Of a DNA stretch of 64,000 nucleotides, positions 49,151 through 61,876 are shown piece after piece. Both the position numbers and the translations under genes were made by a program. This stretch comes from Camelus dromedarius (Eukaryota), in NCBI RefSeq assembly GCF_036321535.1, contig NC_087437.1, positions 8,866,001 through 8,930,000 on the forward strand, read 5' to 3'. Under the pieces are notes generated by a model. It saw only the letters and a program-made list of their open reading frames with translations. It was not told where the DNA came from and did not search any database. How positions within the stretch are numbered: the stretch's first letter is position 1; each line of letters begins with the position of its first letter.

Positions 49151-50599
49151 TTGGGAGATGGTAACTGACCTTTATGAAATAAAGGACTTGAAACTTCTTC
49201 CCCTTTTTGGTGGAGAGGGCAGAGAGAGACAGAGCATGCACATATGAAAGCCTCTTTAGAATCAGCTCAAAGAAGAGACTGAAAAGTGTCAATAACTAAT
49301 AATTTCCCTAATCAGTACGAAACACAGTTACTGCAACAGAAGTCATTTCCTTGCTTGCAAAAAGCTACTTGCAGAAAGTTAGCTGGCATCAAAAACTGTT
49401 CCCTCTGATTGGGCAGAGAGATTACAAGTCCCTGTAGCTACTTGGCTAAAGAAAATGGCTTTCCAGGTATTTGTGACATTCCCGTACACTGTACAGTGTA
49501 ACAAAACTAGCTGCCTCCTCTTTATTATTGTTATGAATTTAGATGATATGCCACTGGCTCAGGTCAGAAAATTCTCCACTTTTTGCTTTGGGAATTAACC
49601 AACTTCCTATGGATTATTTACTTGTTTAATAGACCCTCAGAAGTTAACTAACTGTTCAGAGACTAATTACCGATGCATTGTTGCCATAGGTTTCCTGAAA
49701 AAGATAAGGTCTGTAATATTATGGGTCTGTGATTAAACGATAAATAGGAGGAAAAAAGACTGCATCTCCTGTGTGGACTGTGTGGTATTTGAGGGTAGGG
49801 ACTGATCCTATTTATGTCCAGCTTTTGAGGGTACTTAGGACTGGTAGGCAATTGTGAAATGCTTCCTAAATTCAACTGAAATCAAATTTTCCGTTATTCT
49901 GTGCCAGTGAATTCAGGCACAAAATTACGCCATTGCACTAAATTTCACTGACATTGATGGCCAATATTGCGACGGGAATTGGACGGGAACGTTTAGAGCT
50001 GAAAGTCAACGTGTATTATTTGAAAGATCTCTCGTTTTCACGTTGTCAGCACCTTCCAGGAGTGTATGGAGTTGTGTGTAACTAAAATAGGAGACAGCCT
50101 TCACTGTTCCGGCCCGGACTGCAGCTGTTTGGGATTACACCTAAATTGCTTTGCGGCTGCTATTTTTATCAGCCTGCTGAAAGGATTTTTGTAAATGCTG
50201 GCAGAGAGCCTAACTTAAAGGGGTTAAGCTTCTAAGCTGCTGTGATCTACAGTCGGTTAGAAGTGACAAATTGTAAGCAAAAGATAATCTTCTCCACTTA
50301 CAGAAATGCCAGCCCAAATATCATCTGTGGAAAGACTTCAGCAGCTTTAATATATTCATGGTAGAGAAGCAGAATTTAAAAATAGGCATTCGTGGATCTT
50401 TTAAGTCCCTGCTGCTTCATAGATTTTAACTCTGCTGCTTAGCAAGTCTTTTCGGCTGTGGCCTGATGGTTTACGTGGAGACTCTGCTTTGACAGAGATT
50501 TACAGAAAGCTTGTACACAGAGAAAGCTAATACCCAGTCTCTCAACTCCACGCAGCTTCCACACGAGGAAACCACAGCTTGTGGGGCAAGGGACCTTGA

Positions 50600-51150
50600 A
50601 TCCATTAGGAAAGTTTTAAGCTGCATGTAACAGAACACTCTACAAAAAGTGGCTTTCAAAGAGAAAAATTTTAAGTTACATACAAAGTATGGAGGATGCT
50701 TTTTATTTTGAGAACAACATCTAAATTATATCAGGGATGTGGGTCTTTTTAGTTCGTCTCTAATTCTACCCTCATGGGCACAAAATGGCAGCTGCAGCTC
50801 CGAGCAAGCAGGATATCACCACATCACATCCCAAACAGGAAGGGAGAAAGGCAAGTAGAAAAGAGGTTCTCCTTTTGTCAAGAAGTGAAATCCTTTTTAG
50901 ATTTCCCAAGTAGCCTCTCTATGATGTCCAAGTAGTTAAATCAAACAATGTGGCCATCTCTGTGTACAAGAGCAGCTGGGAAAGTTAGGAGATGACAACG
51001 GGGAATGAGATACATCGTTATAACTGGCTTGCGTAAAGCGTGTTTAATTCCATGGGATTGGATGCACTTTTTATTTTGAAGAAATTTGAGGATCGGTTGC
51101 AAGGAAAACAGAGAAAAAGCTATAGGATAGCCCTGAAAAATGTTTGCAGA
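50600..51150 (-). mobile_element. MLT1K-like LTR
   Basis: gctgcatgtaacagaa...cacaaaatggcagctgcagctcc...atgtggccatctct...gctgggaaag. Confidence 0.7.
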
Positions 51151-51559
51151 CTCCTAGTCAGTCCTATGATGGTCCTCATTGGAAGGATAGCCAGGTGAAT
51201 TTCTTCACCTCTCTTTAAATATCCCCATGCTCATTCTTGTTCAATATAAAAGGACCAACAAAAGCAAAATTAAAACTAGTAAAAGTTAGCAGCAAACACA
51301 CTTAAACATTTTCCATGATCTTATCACTGAAAAAAGAATGTGTTCAGATTGCAAATTACTCTTAACTTGCTCATATTATCTTTACACAATTATAATCTTA
51401 AAGTCTTGTATTCTTTTGCATTTTGCTGTTTTCATTTGTCATAAATGTTTCCCCTTTTTCCCAATTTCTGTCCCAATTAATAATCTTTACTCCCTAGCTC
51501 CCTAGTTTTTCATCTACTGTTGGCCCCAAGTCTATGTAACAACTTTCCTATTATTGGAA

Positions 51560-52050
51560 GTCAGCGCAGCGTAGAAAGCAAGCCACCCACCTGATCAGGA
51601 GCTAAAGTGTAATCCCACCTGGTCTGAAATTCCACATACACCGCTCACAATTGGGTGACCTTTGAAAGTTACGTAACTTTCCTGAACTACAGCTTTCACA
51701 TCCGAAGAATAAAGTTAATAGTCAGATTGTAAAGTTAATAATACTTAACTATTTTTTATAGTTAATATTAAGTATATATTTATTAATTTAATTAAGTGAT
51801 GTTAATAATAACTAAACAAGATACTTCCTGTAAACTGCTTAGCACGGATCTTACTATGAAATCCAACATGGTAGTCACACATGGCTACTTAAATTTAACT
51901 TTAAATTAATCAAAATGAAAAAATTAAATCAGAAGTGGCTAGTGGTTACCATATTTAACAGTGCAGGTAAAGGGCATTTACATTGTCACGGAGCATTTTA
52001 TTGGACAGCACTGGTGAGAATACACTAAGAGCTCAGTAAGTACCTGTGCA
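51560..52050 (+). mobile_element. MIR SINE interrupted by MER3
   Basis: gggtgacctttgaaagttacgtaactttcctgaactacagctttcacatccgaag. Confidence 0.6.
51852..52013. mobile_element. MER3 hAT-Charlie MITE
   Basis: tccaacatggtagtcacacatggctac...gtggctagtggttaccatatt...ttattggacagcactg. Confidence 0.8.
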
Positions 52051-52249
52051 TTTACGTTTTCCTTCTTCTGAAAGTCCTTGGGAAAATATCTCAAGAGGTG
52101 TGGTTTCTGAGTCAAAGAATATGGGCTTACTTCTGGCCAACCTCAGAACGTGTAAAATCATCATATTTATATTTATAAAGTAGAACTGAAAACCTGTCAA
52201 AATGCCTTCACAAGTATTTCCACCCTCTGCAAGCAGTCTTTTATACTTT

Positions 52250-52382
52250 TTTTGCTTTAATTTTTAAAAAATTTTTACTGAAGTACCGTCAGTTACAATG
52301 TGTCAATTTCTGGGGTACAGGACAGTGTCCCAGTCATGCAGATACATACATATGTTCATTTTCATATTCTGTTTCATTAAAG
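52250..52382 (-). mobile_element. Very short young L1 3' terminus
   Basis: tgaagtaccgtcagttacaatgtgtcaatttctggggtacaggacagtgtcccagtcatgca, close to 44822-44925. Confidence 0.8.
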
Positions 52383-53485
52383 AGCCTCATACTTTTAATT
52401 ACTGAACCACTAGTTTAGCATAATGATGTCACATAGCACACACTCAATAAACACAGTTGTTGAGTGAATAAATGACTGAATGAATGATATGACAACCCAA
52501 TGAAGTATCTGAGAAAGAGCCTTTCCACTTTACAGGTAGTGTTGAATTATTCAATGAGTGATCAACAAATTTCAAACCAGAGCTCAGTTGTCTAGGCTTC
52601 TTTTTTATTCCATAATGTCATTAACAGACATTCCAAAGCAGAATTATGGAGAAAACAGTATTGTTTCTAAAGATACAGAAACTTCCATCTCTATTCTGTG
52701 ACAAATGACTGAAATTAGTGCTTAGAGCAGTATATGTGTATACATATATATATACACACACATACATATATAACATAATGTATCTATGAGCTCTTTATAT
52801 TTAGTCTTGTATCTAAAATAATACTCAATGATATTAATATTCTATCTTGGTCAGGAGACCTGAGATGCTAAATACTGCTCAAAGCATATCCACACCTTTG
52901 AAGATCATGGGGGTAATTGGCAAACAAAAAACAATCACAGTGGAAATTAAGCGCTGATTTTATTGTTGACTGCGCTAATGCCCGTAATTGTAATGCACAG
53001 CTTTCTGTAAAAGTGAGCTGGAATTTGTGATCTCAAAGCCTATAAGGGTATCTCCCCCTTCGTGTGTCTAAATTTTGCCATAAGTCAGCTTTCAGAGGCT
53101 GACTGATTACCAAGTGACAATACATTTCCAGATGGACAGCCTCAGCTCTCTTAACTGATCTTGTAGCACAAATGGAAGATCCCGAAAGTGGTCTGCAGGG
53201 TGATCCCTGGCCTCCCTCAGAGAAGACCCTGGAATGGCTTCCTGCATCAGCATCAGGGGACAAGAGGAAGGAAAGAGAACACAGGAGGATTACATCCACG
53301 TCTACGTGCAAGACCTTTTAAGGCACGGTCATGCTTCCCATCAGTGAAATGGACTAATTAGAAGTCCAAAGTATGACTCGGTGCAGTGAGCTGCTTCTTT
53401 ATTGCGAAGAAACTGACAGTGGCAGGTAACGTGGAGAAGTGAGTCTTCCCTCTTCCACACCACCATCCAGGGACCAGCTGCCCCT

Positions 53486-53684
53486 TTTTTGAGGGGAGGG
53501 GAGAGGCAGGTAATTAGGTTTATTTACTTATTTATTTATTTATTTTCAGAGGAGGTGCTGGGGATTGAACCCAGGACCTTGTGCATGCTAAGCACATGCT
53601 CTACCACTGAGCTGTACCCTCTCCCTTTGTTTGGTCTTTTTTTTTTTTTAAGTGGCGGTACTAGGTTTTGAACCTAGGACCTTG
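53486..53684 (-). mobile_element. Compound Vic-1 SINE (full copy plus 5'-truncated copy within one TSD)
   Basis: Full copy ~53486-53625; second B-box fragment tactaggttttgaacctaggaccttg at ~53640-53684; TSD ccagctgcccct / ccagccgcctct. Confidence 0.85.
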
Positions 53685-53859
53685 CCAGCCGCCTCTTCTT
53701 GATCTCCTCGTGAGATTTTATATTTAATTCTATTACAGAGTGTGCTTAACTTTGCTTAAACAACAATATGCATCTAAAAGTATCTTTCTGAAGTGTTTTT
53801 CAGTGATCAGGGGAAAAAGTGTTTTTGTTTTTTTTTTAATGTCAATATTATACGGATTC

Positions 53860-54221
53860 AGCTGTAGATTGGATATTTGTGTCTTCTCCAAAGTCATATG
53901 TTGAAACCTAACCTCCAATGTGATGGTATTTGGAGGCGACGGCTTTAGGAGGTGATTCAGTCATGAGGGCACAGGACCCCCATGAATGGAATTAGTGTCC
54001 TTTATAAAAGAAACTCAGAGGGTTCCCTTGCCCATCTGCCCTATAAGGGACACAGTGAGCAGGGAGCTGTGTGCATTCTGGAAGAGGGCTCTCATCAGAA
54101 CCCAGCTGTGTTTGTACCCTGATCTCGAATTCAAGCCCCCAAAACTGTGTGAAATACATTTCTGTTGTTCATAAGCCTACCCTATCCATGGTTGTTATAG
54201 CAGTGTGAACTGATGAAGACA
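53860..54221 (+). mobile_element. MLT1A-type MaLR solo LTR
   Basis: catatgttgaaacctaacctccaatgtgatggtatttggagg...aaatacatttctgttgttcataagcc...gttatagcag...aagaca. Confidence 0.9.
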
Positions 54222-55604
54222 GACTAGGACTAAAGTTAAGTAGAAATTGACAGAAACTATGTAAGCAGATGGTTAAGTCCCGTATGTACTGAATGGCGGT
54301 AGCCTTGTGACATATAAGAGACCCAGAGAAAGAAGAATCATGACACATCACTCAGTAAAATCGTGTGGATGTTGGGTGATCTGTGTATTTGTGTCATATG
54401 TCATCCCAAGAGAAATAATTCATTTTCTGGTTCCTATGCTATTTCTGGATGTGGCAAAACAAAGCCACCTTCTTTCTGAAGGGGTCTTCACAGACTAAAA
54501 ATAGCTGTTCTCTTCTACAATTGGAAGATGGTTTTTATTTTATCTTCAACCCATTGCTCATTGATGTATGGGCAAATTTAAACATACACTGTGAGCTAAC
54601 TGTTCTGTGTTGATGTATGTTAACATTTATATCATATATTTAATGCTTTTAAATCAGACAAAACAGTGAGGATCAATTTGATCTTGGTCACTTTCCTCTC
54701 AAAATTGTAGAAATAGAATACCAATTAAAAAATGATAAAAATTGACCAAAATTTTCTAAAGAACCAAGAAGCTGTTGGGGATCATGATCACAAAAAACTG
54801 CAGTAAATCCCAATTCTTCTGTTCATAGAATTCTGTACACGAGCCTAAATTAGGAAATATATCCAGGCTTTTAATTTAAAATTATAGAGTTGGGTGACCA
54901 TTATCTATTATAGATTATTTTTGTCTAGCCCATAGTTTTTATAAAAATGATGCTGGCATAGCATTGATTTTGTTAATCATTGGATGACATCTATCAAATT
55001 ATGAGACATATCACTTCTGTTTGTAAATGACTGTATCAAGCACAAAATAAAACAGTTCTGTGCAGTTAATAGTCAAGGGTTATGAAAACCTTGAAAATCA
55101 AGGACACGTGCGTGGAGGCGTACATTGTGCAGCAGTGTAACGTGCAGTGAGGGTGGAGAGAGAAAGCTGCTATCGATCGGAAACCTACCGTGTCCTAGGA
55201 TGGTGCTGGGTACTCCACACTTACTCTTTTATTCTCTGAATACTCCTCATTCATTATATTTGAGGGGCTAATCCATCCAAATACAGCAGTATTTTGTCAT
55301 GAGAAACACTCTGATTCAGCCCTCTTGGTGGCGTTAAGAGCGACGCACACTTCATCTTTTGGCAACGCCTTCCGTTTTCGAAGTTAGTATAGATGAATAT
55401 AAATGCTGCTTAACTGCACACAAATCTTTTAGTCCCAGGGGGAGACTGAAATTAGCATATCTAGTAAGCATACTTCATTTAAGAAAAACAATTTTTGTGT
55501 GCGGTTTCTGGATAAAAGCGTGTCTGTTTGCATTCATGCAAATGCATTGTCACAGTATATTAAAATTAATACCTTATGTGATTTCAAATGTAGTGTGTAC
55601 GGAG

Positions 55605-55815
55605 GTGCATTAATCTGCTAGGGTTGCCGTGACAAGATACCACAGACTGGATGGCTTTGCAACAGAAATGTATCTTCTCACTCTTCTAGAGGCTGGAAGT
55701 TCTAGATCAAGGTAGCAGCTGATTCAGTTTCCGATGAGACCTCTCTTCTGTCTTGCTAATGGTTGCTCTCTTGCTGGTCCTCACATGTCGTCATCTCTCT
55801 TCTGTAAAGGGAAAG
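55605..55815 (-). mobile_element. Partial MLT1A/B LTR
   Basis: ctagggttgccgtgacaagataccacagactggatggc...gaggctggaagttctagatcaagg. Confidence 0.8.
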
Positions 55816-55821
55816 ATCTCT

Positions 55822-55985
55822 GGAGAGAAGGACACAGCTCAGTGGTAGAGTGTGAGCTTAGCATGCACAAGGTCCTGGGTTCAATCCCCAGTGCCTCCAT
55901 TAAAACAAATAAATTAAATAAAAACCTAATTACCTCACTGACACCCTCCCCCACCAAAAGACTGATTAAATAAAATTTAAAAAAG
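55822..55985 (+). mobile_element. Vic-1-type SINE
   Basis: agctcagtggtagagtgtgagcttagcatgcacaaggtcctgggttcaatccccagtgcctcc...aacctaattacc. Confidence 0.9.
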
Positions 55986-56296
55986 AATTTTTATTTAAGA
56001 AGCGTGAATCTGTTTCTCAGGATATCAAAATGCTGTGTGTAGAAATTAGGCAGAAGCCCATGTTTGGGCAGACAGGTGTAAGCAGGTAGAAAAACGGAAG
56101 CTAGATTACCTGGGCTCAAAGGCAAAACGTGGAATCAGGACTGAGGGGCCTGAGACAGACACTGGCAAAGGCAATATTCATACTAGAAACTAAAGACACA
56201 GAGCTGTCGTATGAGGCTAGGGGGTGATTTTTCACAGAATGATAATAATGCCATATATTGAGCACTTTCATGGGTCAGACATCCCAGCCCATGCAT

Positions 56297-56518
56297 TTTA
56301 TTTTATTGTATTATTTTTTCTTTTTATTGAAGTATAGGCAATTTACAATGTTGTGTCAGCTTCTGGTGCACAGCATCATGTTTCAGTCATACATATACAC
56401 GCATATATTCCTTTTCATAATCTTTATCATTATAGGTTACTACAGGATATTGGATATAGTTCCCTGTGCTATAGAGTAGGACCTTTTTGTTTATCTATTT
56501 TATATATAGTAGTTAGTA
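56297..56518 (-). mobile_element. L1 3' terminus inserted into a MIR (MIR ~56240-56645)
   Basis: ttattgaagtataggcaatttacaatgttgtgtcag...; MIR resumes at aatgtgcccaaagtcaca...ggaattcaatccaagtctg. Confidence 0.8.
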
Positions 56519-57015
56519 TTTTGAGAAACAGAGAAGCTGATGTTTTCATCAGAAGTTTTGCAAAACAGCCAGTAAGACTCAAAGTGGCTAATGTGCCCAA
56601 AGTCACAAAGTGTTTCAGCTGGAATTCAATCCAAGTCTGTTCCAAAGACAGCTTCTATTCCTTATATTATCAATAATAAACTGAAGGTGATTATATATAC
56701 ACACATACACACACACACACATACATATGTGTATGTGACAATAATAAATATACTTAACCACAACAGCTGTGACACAAACCATAAAGAATCAACAACTCAA
56801 ATCAGAGATGATTTGACGGAGAAGCCATTCAGTTCTGAGGCCATTCTGCTGACAGTGCATATATTTTGGCTTCCTTTTCCTCTTTTTAATCAGCCGAGGA
56901 ATTTACTTGGAAGCAAAAACCTTGGTTTCTTAACGACTCTAACCCACCTGAAGCCATCGTTTCTGTTTATTACGTCATAATCATCTCTCCTTGCCACCAA
57001 CTGTACATTCCCAAG

Positions 57016-57137
57016 GAGGAAATTATGATTTCAAGCGAAGACAGTGGAGCCGGAACAGATGCGCCGCTAAAAGAAAGACATCCTATTATCCTGAAAATGT
57101 TCGCCGTAATGAAGAACAAGGGAAAAGAGATCAGAAG
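57016..57137 (+). other. Candidate exon C (122 nt), ATG at 57025
   Basis: AG-free pyrimidine-rich run ending ttcccaag|, donor AAG|GTATTG. Purine/GAA-rich body with retained CpGs. Phase-0 frame EEIMISSEDSGAGTDAPLKERHPIILKMFAVMKNKGKEIR is open. Confidence 0.55.
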
Positions 57138-57584
57138 GTATTGTCATATTTCAAAATAGTGTCTGCTCTAGCAGCGGGGTTCTATTTAAACAGAAGGATC
57201 TGCCAAGCTTTCCGTGCACCCTTCATAGCACTTTACTCTTGGCACTTCATATTCTAGAGGAAATGCAAAAAATTAGAGGAGAAAAACAAACTCCCTCTGC
57301 AGCATTTCTGGGATATCTTTCACCGTAGCCTTTGCAACATTTTTCTCTGTTCTGATTTTCTTTAGTCACGGCACAGAGGTTGACTCTACTTCCACTATGA
57401 CATCTCTGTTTGGTTCTGGCTCCCTGATTCCCAAGACTGCTGCTGGATTTGCACCACCTGGTTCTTTAGAGGTCTTCATAAAATATCGGTGTCTTTTAAC
57501 CCCAGGGAAGGAGACATTGACAGAAGGGAAGACTGGAATGACTCACACTATTTTTGAAAATAGATGTTTGGTCCCACCCACTCA

Positions 57585-57900
57585 TTCATTAAAGCAGATC
57601 CCATTCACTTAATATCGTCACTTAATATCAGACGTTGGATAGGCTAAAACTACAGAGATTATAGACCTGTTACAGAAACTCCAAGTGGCCATAGGAGAGT
57701 GAGGGAGACAGATAAGGTGACAGACAATCTTGGAACAGTGTGACCAATGCTAGGACAGAGGTATTCACCATGTTCGATGGAAGCTCCTTGTAAACACAGA
57801 CTAAGGGGCAGATCAGGCCAACACGGGAAGACGGAAAATGAGCTAAAACAGTGTTGCAGAGCTCAGAGGTGACACCAAGCATGGGAGGTTAGGGGCAGAG
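57585..57900 (-). mobile_element. L2 3' end
   Basis: cactcattcatt...agtgagggagacagataag...ctagg acagag...gggaagacggaaaatgagct. Confidence 0.6.
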
Positions 57901-60900
57901 CCAAGTACTAGGATCAACACGCTGAGGCTGTTACCTACGGGAGAGGCAGGTGAGGATGGCCCGCGGGGCACGTCAGGACCGCAGGACCAAAGGAACTTCT
58001 TAATCAGTGTTCAAGTACACGGATGCTTTTCTTATCTCTACAATCACCCTCAGAACATTCCTGAACTAAGCCTGCTGCTGATGTTTCCAGAACCTCTTGG
58101 AAGCCCAAAGAAAACCCACTTGTTTCCGTCTCCAGGAGCTGCCCTCTTATCTCCCTTTGAACTTCCTAAGTTTGGGATACCTGGTGCTACTTCAATGACA
58201 ATAGAAACTTCCTGTTATTTACTTTTTCCATTTCCCCCTGTGCACTTAATCCTTTCCCACTGGCTTAGTGAGTTAACGTGGTTTAACTCAAAGTCAAACT
58301 CCTCAGTAACGTTATTATACCTGCAAAATCCCTGGACTGATGTACCATCTACATACTCTGCCCACATTTGGGAAAAAGGATTCTATGGGGTGTGAACCCC
58401 CAGGAGGCAGGGATCTCAGGGCTGTCTTAGAATTCTGCCCACCACGTCGGCCATCACACTGTCTCAACACATATTTGTCCACTGAATGAAGATACTTTGT
58501 ACTTTATAACCAAATTGTATAAATAATACTTCAAAATTTTGTCTCCTTCCTGAGCAAAAGCTCATTTGGTCCTCCAGCTCCCTGTAGGTTTCTCTCCCTT
58601 TACTGCTTATAAATTATAATGACTATAGTTATTTGAGCTTTTTCAGCAGTGTCTCCAGCTCCTGTCACATGTGGAACTTTTCAAGGATCTGAACAGTCTT
58701 GGGTCCTGGAGGTGATACAGAGCACACTTGTTGAGGTGTGTGATTTCTTTCGTTGTGATGTTTCTCAGAACTTAGAGCTGATCTGTTGTAGGAATAATCT
58801 CATGACTATTCTAAGAAGAAGAAAACAGTCTGCTCTCTTTAAATATTTCCCTTGGGGAAGCAATTAAGGACCTATCTCTGGTTGCAAACATTTCTTGCTT
58901 TTCCCTGGACACCGATGGACAAGTGTTTTTCTTTTCTTTTCTTTTCTTTTTTATTTTTGGTAGAAACACACATATGAAAAAAGCAAGCATAAGTGAATTC
59001 TCAAGTGTGTGTGGACTTTTCAGGTCCAGCTCCTGATTGAAAACCTACAAATACTAACCTGCAAAACTTGTCTTGTCTTACAAACATGAAATAAAGGTCA
59101 TGAACTATTTATTATCCACAGTGTTTCAAATATGAAAAAATATATTGATACGTAGTAGCACCAGGGAGTTTCAGATACTGTGTAGGAGTTTCTCCTAATG
59201 CTTTCTCATAATAAACACATAAAATAAAAGCATAATATTTACAAAGATTAAATTTTATTAAAATCTACACAAAGGGAGACAAGAAAAGACAACAAAGTTA
59301 ACTGTGCTTCTGTTATATATGTCTTTAGAAATGTGAATGTAAGTAAAAGAAAAAAACACAGTTACTCTAACACCAGTTTCCCCAAATTTGGGGTACAGAG
59401 CAGTTTCACATGCCCATCTAGCTCAGAGAGTGATGATTACATAAAGGGACAGAGACAAGGTGTGAAATTATAGCATGGTTCTAGTCAACTATCTGACTAC
59501 TTCAAAATGAAATAAATGATGTTGGTTACATCTCCATTAATATTTATTACTTAAAATTGATAACAAATGTTAACCTAAATTGCTTAGAATAGAAATGGCA
59601 ATGTTTGGTATAACTTATTTTTAATTATAAATTAAATATTAGGGGAAACTTCTAATTCTGTGAATGCTGCAGAAATCTTCTGAGTAGCTACTTCATAATA
59701 AAGAGTCATGAACGAAGAGGTGCTTGGGTATATAAAGAACAAGTAAACCAACCTGATTTAGTTGCTTCTGTTGGTGGAATTAACACATAATGGGAGGAAA
59801 GAGTATGTTATGTAGTTTGAATTTGGATTCTGTGAAATTTCTTAATACCAGGTTCAAGACTTTTTGACTTAAAAGAATGGATGCAATTTGGGCTCAATTT
59901 TTTTTTTTTTCCATACTACACTTGGGCAAACAACTCAACATCAAGACTGCTTTGTGATTCAAATGGGGTTGTGTTTAACACGGGTAGCATTCTATTACAA
60001 TGACCGGGAAGGGAAAAGAAAAGAGATGCCCAAGGAATGATAATACATTGAAAGATGCTCTGCGTTAGAGATAAAAACATACCAGAGGCATGAGCAAGGA
60101 CGGGCAAATCAAGAGTCACCTCAGAGAGAGTATTTCGTTCTGACAGTGGGAACTAGGTGGAATGAGGTATGGGAGTCTCAGAGAAGCAGTGCTCTGAGAT
60201 AATCACAAATACAGCTCTCCCTCCTGGTTTGACCGCCTTCTCCACAATTCTCTTTCTTTCTACAAGACTCCCTCATCATTTTTAAATTGATTTCTGCATA
60301 AGACCACGAAACCCTAAGTACACTCCAAATTAGGAAGCCCTTTCTCAGTAAAAGTATCGGCTACTTAAATACAGGAAGTATAATAGTTGCTTTTTGCTAA
60401 CGTTTTCTTCCAGTTAATTATAGTCTTGGGATAAAACAACGATACATTCAGACACACACTCATAAATACACAAACACATTCACAACACAATCCCAAACAT
60501 TCTTGTAGATGGAAAAAAGCCATCATTTTTTGGTTCGTGGTATTTTTTCTTATTTTAAATTTCTCTTAAGATTATCGTTATTTTTCTGTCATGTAGACAG
60601 AAACCAAACACCATTTTTTGACCCAAACTCTAAAAAATAAGTAGAAACAAAGAAGGCGATATTTTGTGATGTCCTTGGGCTTTCCCTGTGCAACATAAAT
60701 ACATTATGGGAGGGAGTCACAGAGGACTGATTAACAAAGAAATACTTGCAGTGCTGGATCTGCATAGTATCAGATGACTTAATGGTGAACTGTGGAGCCA
60801 CACATGGAAAGAATACAACAAGCTGAAATAAATAAACCTTAAGGAGAGGAAGGAATCACTTGCTTTCTGGGAAACAAAGCAAGGAATAATAAGCTAAAGT

Positions 60901-61876
60901 TAAGCAAAAGAAGAATGTACTTTGAAAAAATCACAGAAATTGATCTGGCCACAGTGATGACTTGCCAAGGGAAGAAACTGCAAATTTCTTCAATGGTTTC
61001 ATCCCCAGTGGATTTTTTTTTTAAACCAGAGGCGATAACATACAGCAAAGTATATTAACATGAACAACGAGCTGGCAGAAAGATAGAGTCAGAAAACTCT
61101 TAGGTCATTTTCGTTATTATTCATCAGTTTTCAAAAATGCATTTGATATCTTAAAAGGTCTTGGAGTTTATGAACACATTTTTTCTGCCGTATTCTAAGC
61201 CAAAAAATATAAAGTAAAAGAGATCTTTAAAAAAAAAAAAAAAAAACCTGTCCCCTGAAAGCAATTTCAACCATTTTCTCAGCAAGTTGAACCTTTAGAA
61301 ATGTCTTGGGGGGAAATTAATAGAGTATCGTTAAGATTTGTGTGATACTGAGACATTCTTGGCTCCAAAATTAGAGCTTAGAGCCCTGAAAAGCTCAATT
61401 TCCAAATTACCTTCTGCGAGCATTTTTAACCTCTATCTTTCATGTAGCGTATCCTGTCACCAAAAAACAACAATCAACAAAAACCCTATTCTCTCCTTTC
61501 TTGCTCACACACCACGTGTTTTCTGGACCCCATGCCTTTACTCATGTAAATTTCAGTCTATTTCTACACACCCAGCCACACCCTACTCTCACCCCAAGCA
61601 TTCTCCAACACCCCACTGATTTCTCTCCTGATAAAGTCCCAGAGACCTTTGTTCAAACCTCTTTTCTCCTATGCTCAATCTTGTGTTTTAATTATTTGTG
61701 TGCTTAACTTATTTCGACCATAAGTGTGGTTTCCCAAACCTAAATCTTTAGCCCCTTAGGACAAGTGGAATTACTGAAGGGGGCCCATAAATTGTGCATG
61801 TGTATTTTTTTCAATTCATAGGATAGTAAAAACATAGCCATGGTTGTGGGAGGAAGTGTAAAATATTTAGTCTAAG

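Noticed and set aside
55318..55385. CTCF-like motif gccctcttggtggcg with a small CpG cluster
   Set aside because: Needs an extra base or two core mismatches relative to the consensus; too weak without ChIP data.
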